Program-made: the position numbers and the translations under genes | In this document: piece by piece, positions 52,051-64,000 of the stretch | Layout: each line of letters opens with the position of its first letter | Position numbering within the stretch: the first letter of the stretch is position 1 | NCBI RefSeq assembly: GCF_001194135.2 | Contig: NC_068990.1 | Coordinates: 53,155,713-53,219,712 of the forward strand | Length of the DNA stretch: 64,000 nucleotides | Direction: 5' to 3' | DNA from: Octopus bimaculoides | Lineage: Eukaryota | Notes under the pieces: generated by a model | Databases searched by the model: none | Told to the model about the DNA's origin: nothing | The model's input: the letters and a program-made list of their open reading frames with translations, nothing else

Positions 52051-53464
52051 TCAGATTAGATACAGTGTTAATACAACATTATTGCAACATTAAAATTTTT
52101 TCTGTTCAGTATGATGATGTAATCATTTCAATATAAAGTTAAAGCTGCTATTTGTTGTGGTGGTAGACATTAGCACCCCCATGTGATTAAAAGATGGACT
52201 TGTCATACTTTTATAAAGAGTAATGTTACCGTTGAGATGGCAGAGGGGGTTTGGAGTTTCGCGTAACAGTAGTTGAAGTACACCTTGTGAATACATTACT
52301 CTACCTCTGTTTCATTAAATCATATATCCAAATGTAAAGATATAAAATTATCATATACTGGAGACTAAATTTCTTTCATTACCACACAAAATTTTAGCGA
52401 CTTATCAGTAAGCTAGAAGTTTTATCCTTGTTTTGAATATTATCCCACTAACATTGATGTATTTATTATTGAAATAAATCAAACTACTAGAAATCCTAAA
52501 CACAATTAAAAATCATTCATGTAAATATTATACACATGTGAGGTGGGTGTCAAAAATTTCCTGGATTAGTTCTGTAGCACACCAACAGATGAGAGAGCAC
52601 AGTTGTGTGCACAGTGGGAGCTAGCAGTGACCTTCATGAAACATTGTGTTGTGTGACATCGCTGTGTTTACTTCACAAGTTGTGAAATTTGTTTTTGTAT
52701 CACATGTATGCTGCAGTCTGCAATTTTGTCATGGACAGGAGGTTGGAAGAAAGAGCCAACGTGAAATTTAGCATTAAACTTAGGAAGTCTGCTACAGAGA
52801 TATTGAACATGTTTTGGCAAGCTTATGGCATCAAGGCAATGGTTTGTGTGCAATGTTTCAAGTGGCATGAGCATTTCAAAAGCAGAAGAATATCCCTGGA
52901 ATGATGAGCAGTCTGGAACACCTATCATGAGTGTAACCCCCCCAGAAATGTCTGTATTGTGCGTCAACAATTTGTTCCCAAGGGCCAAACTGTCAATTGA
53001 AAGTTCTACAATGATGTTTTGAAGTGTTAGCAGGAGGACACTCAGCAAAAGTGACCAGATCTGTGGTGCGTGAAAAATTGGATTCTTCACCAAGCTCTTC
53101 TCACTTGTGAGTTTCTCCCTATATACAACATGGCATCATTTCTACATCCACCCTATTTGCCAGATTTAGCACCTGCAGATTTCCGTCTCTTCCACAAGAT
53201 GAAAATGCTGCTCAAAGGTCACCTTTTTAACACTGTTGTTGAAATCCAGAGTGTGTCGCAGAAGGTCCTCAACTTGAGTACAGAAAACAATTTCCTGGCT
53301 GGATTATAAGTGGCAGGAATAGTGGGACCACTGTATCGCTGCTCAAGGTGACTATTTTGAAGATGATGATGTTAAAACTTTGGTAAATGAGTTTATTTTT
53401 TATTAAACATTAGCAGAGATACCCGGCATTGCTCAGGAGTGAAATGACATATTTGTTTATTCTT

Positions 53465-54200
53465 ATCTTTTACTTGTTTAAAACATTTGACTGTGGCGTT
53501 ACTGAAGAATTGCCTTTAGTCGAACGAATTGACCCCGAGTACTCATTCTATCGGTCTCTTTTGTGAAGCTGCTAATTTATGGGGATGTAAACATACCAAC
53601 ATTAGTTGGCAAGCGATGTAGGTATATATATCATCATCATCATTGTTTAATGTCCACTTTCCATGCTAGCATGGGTTGGATGATTTGACTGAGGACTGGC
53701 GAACCAGATGGCTGCATCAGGCTCCAATCTGATCTGGCAGAGTTTCTACAGCTGGATGTCCTTCTTAATGCCAACCACTCTGAGAGTGTAGTGGGTGCTT
53801 TTACGTGCCACCAGCACAAGGGCCAGTCAGGCGATACTGGCATCGGCCATGCTCAAATGGTGTTTTTTACGTGTCATCTGCATAGGAGCCAGTCCAGCGA
53901 CACTGGCAACGACCTCGCTTGAATGTTTTTTCATGTGTCACCAGCACAAGTGCTAGAAGGCGACGCTGGTAATGATCACACTCAAATGGTGCTTTTTATA
54001 TGCACCAGCACAGAAGCCAGACAGCTGCTCTGGCAATGATCACTCTTGGATGGTGCTGTTAGCGCTCCACTGGCACGGGTGCCAGTCATCGAATGTGGTT
54101 TGATTTTGATTTCACTTGCCTCAGCAGGTCTTTTTCAAGTAGAGTTTAGTGTCCAATGAAGGAAAGGTATGCATAAGTGGGCTGGCTACACCCCTGGCAA
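53465..54200 (-). mobile_element. SINE B fragment (about 53465-53625) and truncated RTE 3'-UTR copy (about 53630-54200) nested in the Helitron
   Basis: Family B tail tcttttacttgtttaaaacatttgactgtggc; RTE tail with about 66-bp subrepeats, abutting helicase codons GQL at about 54201. Confidence 0.75.
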
Positions 54201-57110
54201 AGTTGTCCACACAAGAAGCAGGGTTTTTCCAAGAGAAGACCAGCCACAGAGAGGGTTTGATCCTGAAATTTGTTAATGGACATGGCAAAACTGACACAAA
54301 GGGGGAATTGCAGTCTTCTGAATGTAGATGGAATTTCTGCTCCTGATGGAGTAAGAGGAATTCTTGGAATGAAGACGTCATGACCTTTTTCACATGCAGA
54401 AAGAATGATAGCCTTGATAACCTGTGACATCATTTTCTTTATCACCAGTTGTGTTCCACTGCAAAGTCTTGGTGGTTCCAGATTGCGGAGTAGCATTACA
54501 GGAGTTCCGACTTTAAGTGCTAATATGTGGGGAGGTAGTCACGGAGGTTCCAACGAATTAAGAAATTCAGGAGGATAGTTCACCACTACATTTTTATCTG
54601 AAATTGTATCAACAGACTTGTAAGTGTGAAGAGTGTCAGGAAGAGAATGCATTAGCTGTTGATTTATTTTTTTAATAGCGACGTTTTTTGGAGCTAATAT
54701 TGCTCTTTCACACAGCCAATTGTGATTTTGGTAGTTTTTTGTGAAGTTGGGAAAGACTTTGTGTTTGAGGTCATCTACAGAATTAACAACAGAGGAAAAT
54801 GGCCACATTTTCATTTCTCCTGCAGCATCAAGAGGCACCTTACCATCACCAAGTGTCAAAATGTCCTGTGCAAACTTTGCGGACATTTGGTCACTGTGTA
54901 GCTGAGCTCTTATGTTAGTGGTAAGACTGAGGGTCGTGACATGATGCCACAGGGTAGAGGACTTTAGGTATGCTTAGACCTCGTTTGCTCTAGTGCCTTT
55001 CGGAATGATAGGAAGAGTTTGCCTGAAATCACCTGACAACAGAAGCGTTACACCTCCCATTGGAGCCAGACAGTCTTGGATGTCTTTCAGGGCTCTATCT
55101 AATGCTTCCAAAGCTCCCTTGTGAGCCGTGGTGTACTCATCCCAAACAGTTAGGTGACGCCTTTTAAGTACCTGCCCCTGATCTGAGCTTTTGCTGATGT
55201 TGCATGGAGGCATCTTGGATGCTGCTAAATTGAGAGGGAGTTTATAAGTCGAGTGTGCTGTCCTGCCACCAGGTAACAAAGTAGCTGTAATCCCAGAGGA
55301 AGTCACAGCTACTGCCAAACTTCTTCAAGGAGAAGCTTTGTAATAAATGTTTTTCCTGTCCCTCCAAGAGCATCCAGGAAGAAGATTCATTCCTTGCATT
55401 GGCATACACTGTTAAGAATAGTTCTGTAGGCCTGCAGCTGGTCCAGAAGTAATTTAGGCTTGTTTTCAACAATGTGCTTTGAAAGCTCTTGAGTGTCATA
55501 GGATACTTCACAAATGACAGCAGTGGACAGGCTATTTGACCTTGACCTGAATGTTTGTAGCAGGCCGTATGTGGACAATTCATTTCCACCCAGTGTAGCA
55601 ATTTTGTCTTCAATGTCAATGAGAGTTTTGTTGTAGACTTCATTGCTGATACCCTCTATGTCAGGATAGAGCAGTTGAGCTTGCTGCTTAAAGTCTTCAG
55701 TCAGGTTGTTTCTGTATTTGAGTGGCAGGATCACATGGTTCACATGCCTGTAGTAATATGCAAATAGTACCTTGAGACTTTTAGCTGATTCTGATAAAGC
55801 AGCCTCTCCCAAAGTTGCACCCCATTGTGCACCATCTTCTAACAGACCTTGTCGATAGCAGGCTTCTCTGTATGTTGTGCAGACATGTCCATAAACAGTT
55901 TTTAGGGCCTGGAAACACGTTGGCCCTCTGACCTCATGCAGGAGGTAGAAGCACTCTTGTTGAATGGGCTGCACTGTGTATACTCGCCCAAGGCAAGTGT
56001 CAAACTTAATGCCAGGGTATCCATGAACATTTTAATCTGCTTTCCTTGGGGCCTATTTTTTTCCATTCCAAGTGTAGTACAATGGAATGGGTGGATACAG
56101 CATGGTTTGAGTGAATGGATCAACTTGACAAAGCTTGAAGAATGCAGTGAGTGTGCTATCCATCGGTTCCTCTGCCAACAGAGAAGCATTAGCATCAGTG
56201 AAGTACACCCTTTGACTGTTTTCCAGGTGCACTGCAAGCTGTTGAATGGAGGGTTGTCATTGGTGAAGTGGAAAGCCAAAGATGCACCAGAAAGCCTTGT
56301 TGCTACTTATGTACCATCCCACCTGATAGTGCGTCACCTTATCCTGGCAGTATTCTTGTTGAAGTCCAAACATTGCAGTGTCAGAACCCTTGTTCACATA
56401 CTTACAAACATACTTTATGAACTTAACAGAGTTGCAAAAGCCAACGTTGATGTGGGCATTGAAAGTCTTTGACAGGAGTGGGCAGTAGGGAACAATCCAT
56501 CTATTATCAACCTTGTGCTGTCCGATGGTTGCTACAAAACTGCCGTCTTCTGGTTTTCTCCGTCTGTATGATGGATACCNNNNNNNNNNCTACAAAACTG
56601 CCGTCTTCTGGTTTTCTCCGTCTGTATGATGGATACCCATCAGCGCCTGTATGAGTTTCTTGTAAGAACCTTCTTGGAAACCTTTTTGAACATATGCTGT
56701 CTTTCAAGCATGGTGAGTTTATGTTGACTCTACGCCTACATGGACCATGCACCATGTTTGCCTTAACTATTTTGTATAGTACTTTGTCTAAAGCTGGATC
56801 AGGAAGCTCTGCAGAGATTATCTTGTTGATGTCAGTGGATTTGATCTTCGTTGAGAGCCAAAGTAGGACATGAGCATGTGGAAGGCCCCTTTTGTGCCAT
56901 TCGATTGTATACATGTCACATTGTATGGGTCTGAAGACTTGCCCTTTTTTTATGAGAGTGATTAACTTCAGATGGAAAACTTGGGTGAGGAGGTCATGCC
57001 TGTCTGTAAGTTTTTGACCGAAGAAGTGTTCGGCCTGAATCTCCTTCCACTTGGGATTGCATGTGAAAGTTATGAACAGGTCAGGCCTGCCGTAATGGCG
57101 GACAGGTCTG
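54200..57110 (-). pseudogene. Helitron RepHel remnant
   Basis: Rep motifs GRPDLFITFTCNPKW, IEWHKRGLPHAHVLLW (HUH), MVHGPC, GADGYPSYRRR; PIF1-like helicase motifs VTSSGITATLLPGGRTAHS, VWDEY, SGDFRQTLP, ILAPKN, QFPLCVSFAMSINKFQ; frameshifted with stops. Confidence 0.92.
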
Positions 57111-58515
57111 CAGGCCCGCATTAATCAAGAAGCAAAAAATTATCAGTAAATTTTAATGCATGCAGTGGCATGTGTTTCAGTAAGGAAAATGGGAAAAACT
57201 GGGACTGTTTTCACTTGGTATCAAGTATCCTGTTACCCTATTCTTAATGAAAGAAATTGAAAAGAAGTGAAAATGTAAGAAATTGATTGAAGCAATGTAA
57301 AAGATTGCTTTGCGCCCACATTAGAGAAGAAGTAAGAAATTATTTTGAAAGAAGTGAAAATGTAAAAATTTGGAGTAGGAACAGGGAATTGAAAATGAAA
57401 GATATTTTTGCATAATTGGAATGTCCATGATGGAAAACACAGGAATCCGCTGGAAAAGAAAGAAAGAAAGGTGTTGGAAGTTGATATGCAGGTGTACTTG
57501 TAAACATTAACCGATTTGGTTGGTATTTGTAGCACGTCATGCTACCACTGAACAGGTATTTGCGAAAAGCTGCNNNNNNNNNNTGCTACCACTGAACAGG
57601 TATTTGCGAAAAGCTGCTATATGGTAGAAGTGTGTGCTAGAAATAGCAGTCAAATCCTTCATATTTCCTTAGTGAAACACATGCGGTTGCATTTAAGGAA
57701 ATTGATGCAATTTACAAATGAAAAAGGTTACGTACTGAATTCAGCAAAATGAATGAATGTGCTTTAGTTGATCAGTATTGCTTTGATAGAGCAATGTTGT
57801 GAAAGACAAGATGAGAGAAATGGTAAGAGGAAAGGAAACAGTGATTATGAATTGCGTTCCAAATGTTGTTTGCCTGGACATGAATTTTGTTGTATTTATA
57901 AGAAAGCAGACAGCTAGAAGGATGAAGATATTAGTGGTGCTATAGTGGTGTGGGGTCATTTGAACTCTCCGTGGAAGGTTAGAGGTGAAGTGGATGACAT
58001 ATATATCACTTGACAAGATAGCATGTGGTTAATGTCTGTTACCATCTTCCATTGTCCCATTGTGAGAAGTAAGTTTTATTTCCCTGTCTTGGGAATGAAA
58101 TGAGAATGAGATGTAAGGGGATAATGTTTTTGAGATTCTGGTTCAAATGTGAGGCAGGTTTGAAAGGGTTTCCCACAGTTATTAGTAGCAGTGGTGGAGT
58201 GTTTATGACAAATATGTATGCATGTATATATGTGAGGTAATAGTTTCACTATAATAGTGAAAGTATTAAACTGAAAGTATCTCACATTGCAATAGAGAGA
58301 TGTTATTGTTTCATTTTTGACAGGTAATACTGAAATCGTATAAGAGATAAGAGATTACTCTGGGCTTGCATTAGGCAAGAAGTTGAAACTTTTTTTGGCC
58401 CATGACACTGCATGGACTGTAAGGAAGGCATGTGTAAAATTTGAATGAAATCAGTTGGATAGTTCTTGAGTTTTAGGGGTTCACACAGGCACACATTCTC
58501 ATCTTTATATATATA

Positions 58516-58546
<31 letters not shown>

Positions 58547-59004
58547 CTAGTCCAGGAACCTTTTGATATCACCATGTATTAGTTTAGCTATTGATCAGAA
58601 AGGTCAGAATATTATACATTACATAATATGATTGGAAAGTTTGAATTAAAAACATAATCTAAAGATACTATTATTTTTCAGCACTAGAATATCGAAACAT
58701 CATCATCATTAACATTTAATGTCCATGTTCCATGCTGACATGGATTGGACATTATATGATTCATGTAAAGACAATACGACATATAAATATCTTATTGATT
58801 TTGAAGGGTAAAGATAATGGTAAAAGTATCAGTAATGGTTGCAATGTTCCATCTTAGGTTAACACTTGAGAGGAAGTTCTTGCAAGATCTTGTGAGCAAA
58901 ACGATAGAAATCTTGATATTAGAGAAATGCAAAAGAAAAGATTTATCATATTATATATCTGTTTCTTGTAACAACTTGATCTAAAATCATGGTCTGACAC
59001 TAAT

Positions 59005-59007
<3 letters not shown>

Positions 59008-59036
<29 letters not shown>

Positions 59037-60497
59037 GTCCGTTTTCCATGCTGGCGTGAGTTGGACAGTTTGACTGAGGATTGGCAAGCTAGTACGCTGC
59101 ACCAGGCTCCAATATGATATGGCAAGTTTTCTACAGCTGGATGCCCTTCCTAATGCCACCCACTCCGAGATTGTAGTGAGTGCTTTTTACATGCCACTGA
59201 CATGAGAGCCAGTCAGGCAGCACTAGCATCGATCACATTCGGATGGTGCTTTTTACATAGCTCTGGCATAGGAGCCAGTCAGGGGGCACTGGCTTAGACC
59301 ACGTTCAGAAGGTGCTCTTTATGTACCACCATCACGGTAGCCACTCGGGGGGGGGGGGGGTGTCACTGACCATGTTCAAGCGGTGCTTTTCAAGTGCCAC
59401 TGGCATGGGGAGCTAGTCAGGGAGCACTGGCATCGATCCATGCTTGAATGGTGCTTATTACATGCCACCAGCATAGGTGCTAGTCAGACGGCACTTGCAT
59501 CGACTATGACTACAATTTCACTTGACTCAACAGGTCTTCCCAAGTACAGTATGTCACCCGATGATTCAGAGGTACTTTCAAATGGGCTGGTTATGTAACA
59601 CTGGTATTGGCCACAGCTGCGATCTCACTTTACTTGCCGGCTCTTCTCACTCATAGCATATCTCCAAAGGTCTCGATCCCTTGTCGTTGTCACTGTAAAA
59701 CCCAACATTTGAAGGTCATGCTTCACCACCTCATCCCAGGTCCTCCTGGGTCTACCTCTTCCACAGGTTCGCTCTACTGCTAGGGTATGACACTTTTTCA
59801 CACAGCTGTCCTCATCCATATGCAACACATGACCATACCAGCGCAGTCATCTCTCTTGCACACAACATTTGATGCTTCTTATGTCCAACCTTTCTCTCAG
59901 GGTGCTTACACTCTGTTGCGTATGTACACTGACATTACACATCCAGCGGATTATCCTAGTTTCATTTCTTTGCAGCCTACGCATGTCCTCAGCAGTCACA
60001 GCCCATGTTTCACTGATGTGTAGCATGGCTGTTCATACACATGCATCATACAGTCTACCTTTCATTCTGAGCGAGAGGCCCTTTGTTACCAGCAGAAGTA
60101 GGAGCTTTCTAAACTTGCTCATGCTATTCTTATTCTAGTGGCTACGCTCTCCAAGCAGCCACCTCCGCTACAGACTTGGTCACTTAGATAGTGGAAGCTA
60201 TCAACTACTAGTTTCTCTCCCTGGCATGTGATGGAATCTGTTTTCTGTACATTTTCAGTATTTATTGCCTCTGTGCATCTGCCACACACAAAAACTGTCT
60301 TCCTGGTTAACTTTCCTTTGATATTGATGCACCTTTTACGTGTCCATAGCTTACACTGGGTATATCTTATGGAGTTTCTACCTATGCCTTTTCTGCAGAT
60401 CGAGCAGGACCATATACCTGAAGTGATTTGTGATTTGTCTGCCTTCCTACTTACTAGGACTTTGGTTTTTGCTAGATTGACTTGAAGGCCCTTTGAT
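59008..60497 (-). mobile_element. 5'-truncated RTE-clade LINE
   Basis: Minus-strand peptides SKGLQVNLAKTKVL, KGRLYDACV, WMCNVSVH, RWYGHVLHMDEDSCVKKC, GRGRPRRTWDEVVKHDL; 3' UTR with subrepeats; (GAT)n tail. Confidence 0.88.
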
Positions 60498-62489
60498 TCA
60501 TTATCATCAAAAACAGGAGTGGGAAATCTTTGTATGCTGTGACACCATGTTGTTCTTAATTGCCATTTAACAAGAAAAAAAAAAATTCCTGCAAATTATT
60601 TTATAGGTTATTGTTCTTAAAACTTTGACAAAGTGTACTTTTAACAATGACTTTGTTTTTGCCATTGCATAGCATGCTTAAATATAAAAATGCCAATAGT
60701 CACCCCTGAAGAATGTGTGTGCTAAGTCACAGTTCATTTTACATTTTCTAAACATAATTACAAGTATAGATAAAGAGATATAAACAGGTGTGTCAGAAAT
60801 CCCATTAGTTCAAATGATAAACTTTAAATATAGTTAAATCAACAAAAATATACTCTAGTATAATGAGTTTTCACTCAAAATGTATTTCTTTGAGAAGGCT
60901 GCTGGTTTTGTACTTCTGATTTCAAATCGTAGCAATATAGAAATTAATTTAAAATCACCATTTCATGATGTTAATATCATTATCTAAAATCATGGCAATA
61001 TAAAAATTAGAAATGGATATAAAATCATGGTTTCATAATACTAAAACTGTGATGAGAACTTCCTTGTATTGGAAAGACATTGAGTGCTTTGGGAGGGAAG
61101 TAACTCCTAATATCAATGGAATTAAACTATGGATGACCTGTCCAGCTCAAGCTATCACACGCACACACACACACACACATTGTAGTTGCTAACAGCTAAC
61201 TAGCAAAGAAGGAGGATAAAAGATGAAAGCATGCCACATGAAGAATTACCAATACATGTGTATTTATGCTTTGTGTGTGTGTGTGTGTTTATATATATAT
61301 ATACATATATATATCACATGCATATGTATAAAACTAAATGTTGTAATAGTGTTTGTATTTTTAAGAACAACATCAAAACAATTACTGATGGTCTGATTCT
61401 TTAATGAGAGTAGAATCACATTTGTTGGGAAGACCATGTTTACTGGGGCTTCACTAAACTTCTCTTTCTCCCCCTCTCCCTATCTGACTCCCTCCCTCCT
61501 TCCCTCCGTCTGTCTGCATGNNNNNNNNNNNNNNNNNNNNNNNNNNNNNNNNNNNNNNNNNNNNNNNNNNNNNNNNNNNNNNNNNNNNNNNNNNNNNNNN
61601 NNNNNNNNNNNNNNNNNNNNNNNNNNNNNNNNNNNNNNNNNNNNNNNNNNNNNNNNNNNNNNNNNNNNNNNNNNNNNNNNNNNNNNNNNNNNNNNNNNNN
61701 NNNNNNNNNNNNNNNNNNNNNNNNNNNNNNNNNNNNNNNNNNNNNNNCTCTCTCTCTCTCCCCCTCTCTCTCTCCCCCTCTCTATCTATCTGTAGATTAA
61801 AATAAAAAATGAAAAAGCAAAGCCTTTGACATCACTTGAAAAAACATTTGATTTAAATAGAGAGCATGAACATATGGCCTCTAGCAGCTGTTTCTAGAAT
61901 AGCCAAACATGTGGATCATGATAATGAGTAAGGATTCCATAAGCTGAGTATTCTGTATTCAGAATGGGAGAAGTTAGAGTAATTTAAAAATAAAGAAATA
62001 TCCCCAATCAAGGATATTCCAGTTTGTCAAGAATGAAGGATGAATCAGTGTAATATAGGTATGTGTTATACTGTTCCGTAATAAAATTACAGGTAAGGTC
62101 CATTAGCAGTTACAAACAAGAATGTTCAATGATAATCCATGGCAAAGAATAGAGGAAGTTACCAATTTCATTTTTGAATGGAGAGTGAATGAGTAGGAAG
62201 AATATACTATAGTGTAGAGGAAGACAGAATGATAGATGTACTGACATAGATATATACTTGTCGAGAGCATAGTTGGGGTATGCTTGTCTAAGCATACCAA
62301 AAACATCTGATGCCAAATGTTTTGCTTTTTCAATTTTTCAATTTAATCTGTATCTGCCTGCTCGAGAAGAAACCACTTCAAGCCACCTTCAATAAGCAGT
62401 CCTCAATACTACACTTTTCAATTGCATTTGAAGCTGGAGCTTTAGTGGTAGACCAAACTGAGCACTTATAGTACTTACCTATTTCATAT

Positions 62490-62800
62490 CATCAGTTGTT
62501 GAAAACTGCTTGCATATTCTGTGTGTAATCACAAGCCAACCAATGCCTTGTAAGAACATTTGGCAGATGGAAACTGTGTGGAAGGGTGTCATATGTGTGT
62601 GCGTCTTTTTTCTGTGTTTGTCTCTCACTTTACTGCTTGACAACTGGTGTTGTTTGGGTTTGTTTACATCCCCATAATTTAGTAGTTCAGCGAAAGAGAC
62701 GGAATAAGTACCGAAATGAATAAAAGTACTAGGGTCAATTTGTTCAAAGTAGTGCTCCAGCATGGCTAAAGTCCAGTGACTGAAACAGGTAAAAAATAAA
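62490..62800 (+). mobile_element. SINE family B-related, diverged
   Basis: gtgttgtttgggtttgtttacatcccc...gtgctccagcatggct...gactgaaacaggtaaaaaataaa tail. Confidence 0.6.
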
Positions 62801-62951
62801 GATAATAGTTATACTGTTTTCATTGTGCTATTTTACATTTCAATATGTGTGTGTATATATATATATGAGAAGCTATTTATATGTGAATATATTGATGTGT
62901 ATATATGCATATGTATACATTCTCAAGCATATATTCTCTGTATATTCTCCA

Positions 62952-62990
<39 letters not shown>

Positions 62991-63150
62991 TTCCAGCATC
63001 ATTTCTACTAATTGATGCAATGTTTGAGATTGTTTTTCTTTGAATCTATAAATCTAATATAAAATGTAAGTTATATTATTTCAAAATTTTAGATGAATCC
63101 CATTTAAATTTAATTATTTATTTATGATTATTTTCTCTTTTTTCTTTCAG

Positions 63151-63216
63151 CATTGAAGCGCAAGTTGATGCTTCGGCGATCTGTTACTGAGCTGGTTGAC
63201 CGAGGCATTTATCCAC
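63151..63216 (+). CDS. MRTF: MRTF coding exon encoding RPEL motif 1 ((S)LKRKLMLRRSVTELVDRGIYP)
   Basis: Strong acceptor (ttttctctttttctttcag) and GTAAGT donor at 63217; 66 nt, phase 1-1. The peptide fits the G-actin-binding RPEL consensus and has the RRxxxEL variant typical of RPEL1 in myocardin-family proteins (vertebrate LQQRRTREELVSQGIMP). The gene continues beyond the window. Confidence 0.88.
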
Positions 63217-63654
63217 GTAAGTTGCAAATGTTTTTTTTTTTCCATTTCCTATTGTTATTGTTGAATGTCTTATCCACTTTTTGTGGAAGGAATGTATTCC
63301 ATTTATTAGGCACATCATTTGTTGTCACTGCCCACTGGGTGGAAGGAGGAGCATGTTGTGGCTGATGCAGGCATGCCACAGGGGAGTGCAATATTTCCAA
63401 TAATTTCTTGATAATGAACAGGTGTGGGTACCATTTGTCAGATACATTTTCCACAGCTCATCTCTTTGGCAGAATTGTACTCACAGGTCTATTAAAAATG
63501 TTAAAGTCCCTTATCTTGTATTAACTTACAATCAATGCTGCAGGTGACAATGGCAGCCTCAATTGGTCTGCTAAAGCAGATAAAACACCAAACCCAGCTG
63601 CAACTGGATAAAATTATTTACTGATAAAACTAATCATACAAAAAAGATTAATAA

Positions 63655-64000
63655 TCCTTTCTACTGTAGGCACAAAGCCTGAAATTTGGGGGAGAGGAAT
63701 AGTTGATTATATTGACCCTAGTGTGTCACTGATACTTAAGTTATCAACCCTGAAAGGATGAAAGGTAAAGTCGACCTCGGTGGAATTTGAACTCAGGACG
63801 TAGCGACAGATGAAATATCGCTAAGCATTTCAGCCAACATGCTAATGATTCTGCTAGCTCGCCACCTTAAAAATAATAATAACTTCAAATTTTGGTACAA
63901 AACCAGCAATTTCATGGTTTGGGGTAAGTTGATTACATCTACCCTGGTATTCAACTGGTACTTATTTTATCAACCTTGAAAGGATGAAAGACAAAGTCGA
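63655..64000 (-). mobile_element. Two tandem SINE family C copies (second cut by window end)
   Basis: Family C cores at 63655-63869 and 63885-64000 separated by (AAT)n. Confidence 0.8.

Larger units (their letters stand above)
53410..58543 (-). mobile_element. Helitron (Rep-Helicase) with both termini
   Basis: Minus strand: host A|TC 5' end at 58543 followed by (TA)n; 3' end CCTGAGCAATGCCGGG degenerate hairpin, then CTAA|T at 53410 (CTRR); A|T insertion site without TSD. Confidence 0.85.
52537..58578 (+). mobile_element. mariner transposon (internally deleted), interrupted by a Helitron next to its right ITR
   Basis: Left ITR tgtgaggtgggtgtcaaaaatttcctggattagt (52537-52570); right ITR actagtccaggaaccttttgatatcaccatgta (58546-58578). 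Transposase remnants MDRRLEERANVKF...QCFKWH and LHPPYLPDLAPADF (YSPDLAP motif) at 52731-53390. Confidence 0.85.

Noticed and set aside
56529-56640. Exact direct repeat flanking a short N gap in the Helitron Rep region; same pattern at 57540-57616
   Set aside because: Identical sequence on both sides of a 10-N gap is typical of unmerged overlapping contig ends, not a TSD or biological duplication.

Overview
AT-rich, microsatellite- and retroposon-dense animal genomic DNA with several N gaps. The repeat repertoire looks like an octopus/coleoid cephalopod; this is inference from recognised repeat style, not a database search. The window is almost entirely intronic sequence of one plus-strand gene, a myocardin-related transcription factor (MRTF/MKL). 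A 270-nt exon (39336-39605) and a 66-nt exon encoding the first RPEL motif (63151-63216) splice in frame across a 23.5-kb intron. A plausible first coding exon lies at 3155-3191. The introns carry a near-full-length decayed L1/Tx1-clade LINE, a Helitron with both termini nested inside a mariner, a DD37D (maT-type) transposon, RTE and R4/Dong-like LINE fragments, MITEs and dozens of tRNA-derived SINEs. I cannot demonstrate a wholly new biological system. The best leads are: (1) a frame-compatible alternative MRTF exon (44636-44749) that would give an 'MTLL...' N-terminus like vertebrate myocardin; (2) a minimal hammerhead ribozyme motif (40055-40099, minus strand); (3) a 3' tail shared between the L1/Tx1 LINE and a SINE; (4) intronic hairpins that could be ADAR substrates; (5) a G4 plus E-box cluster that may be an internal promoter or enhancer.
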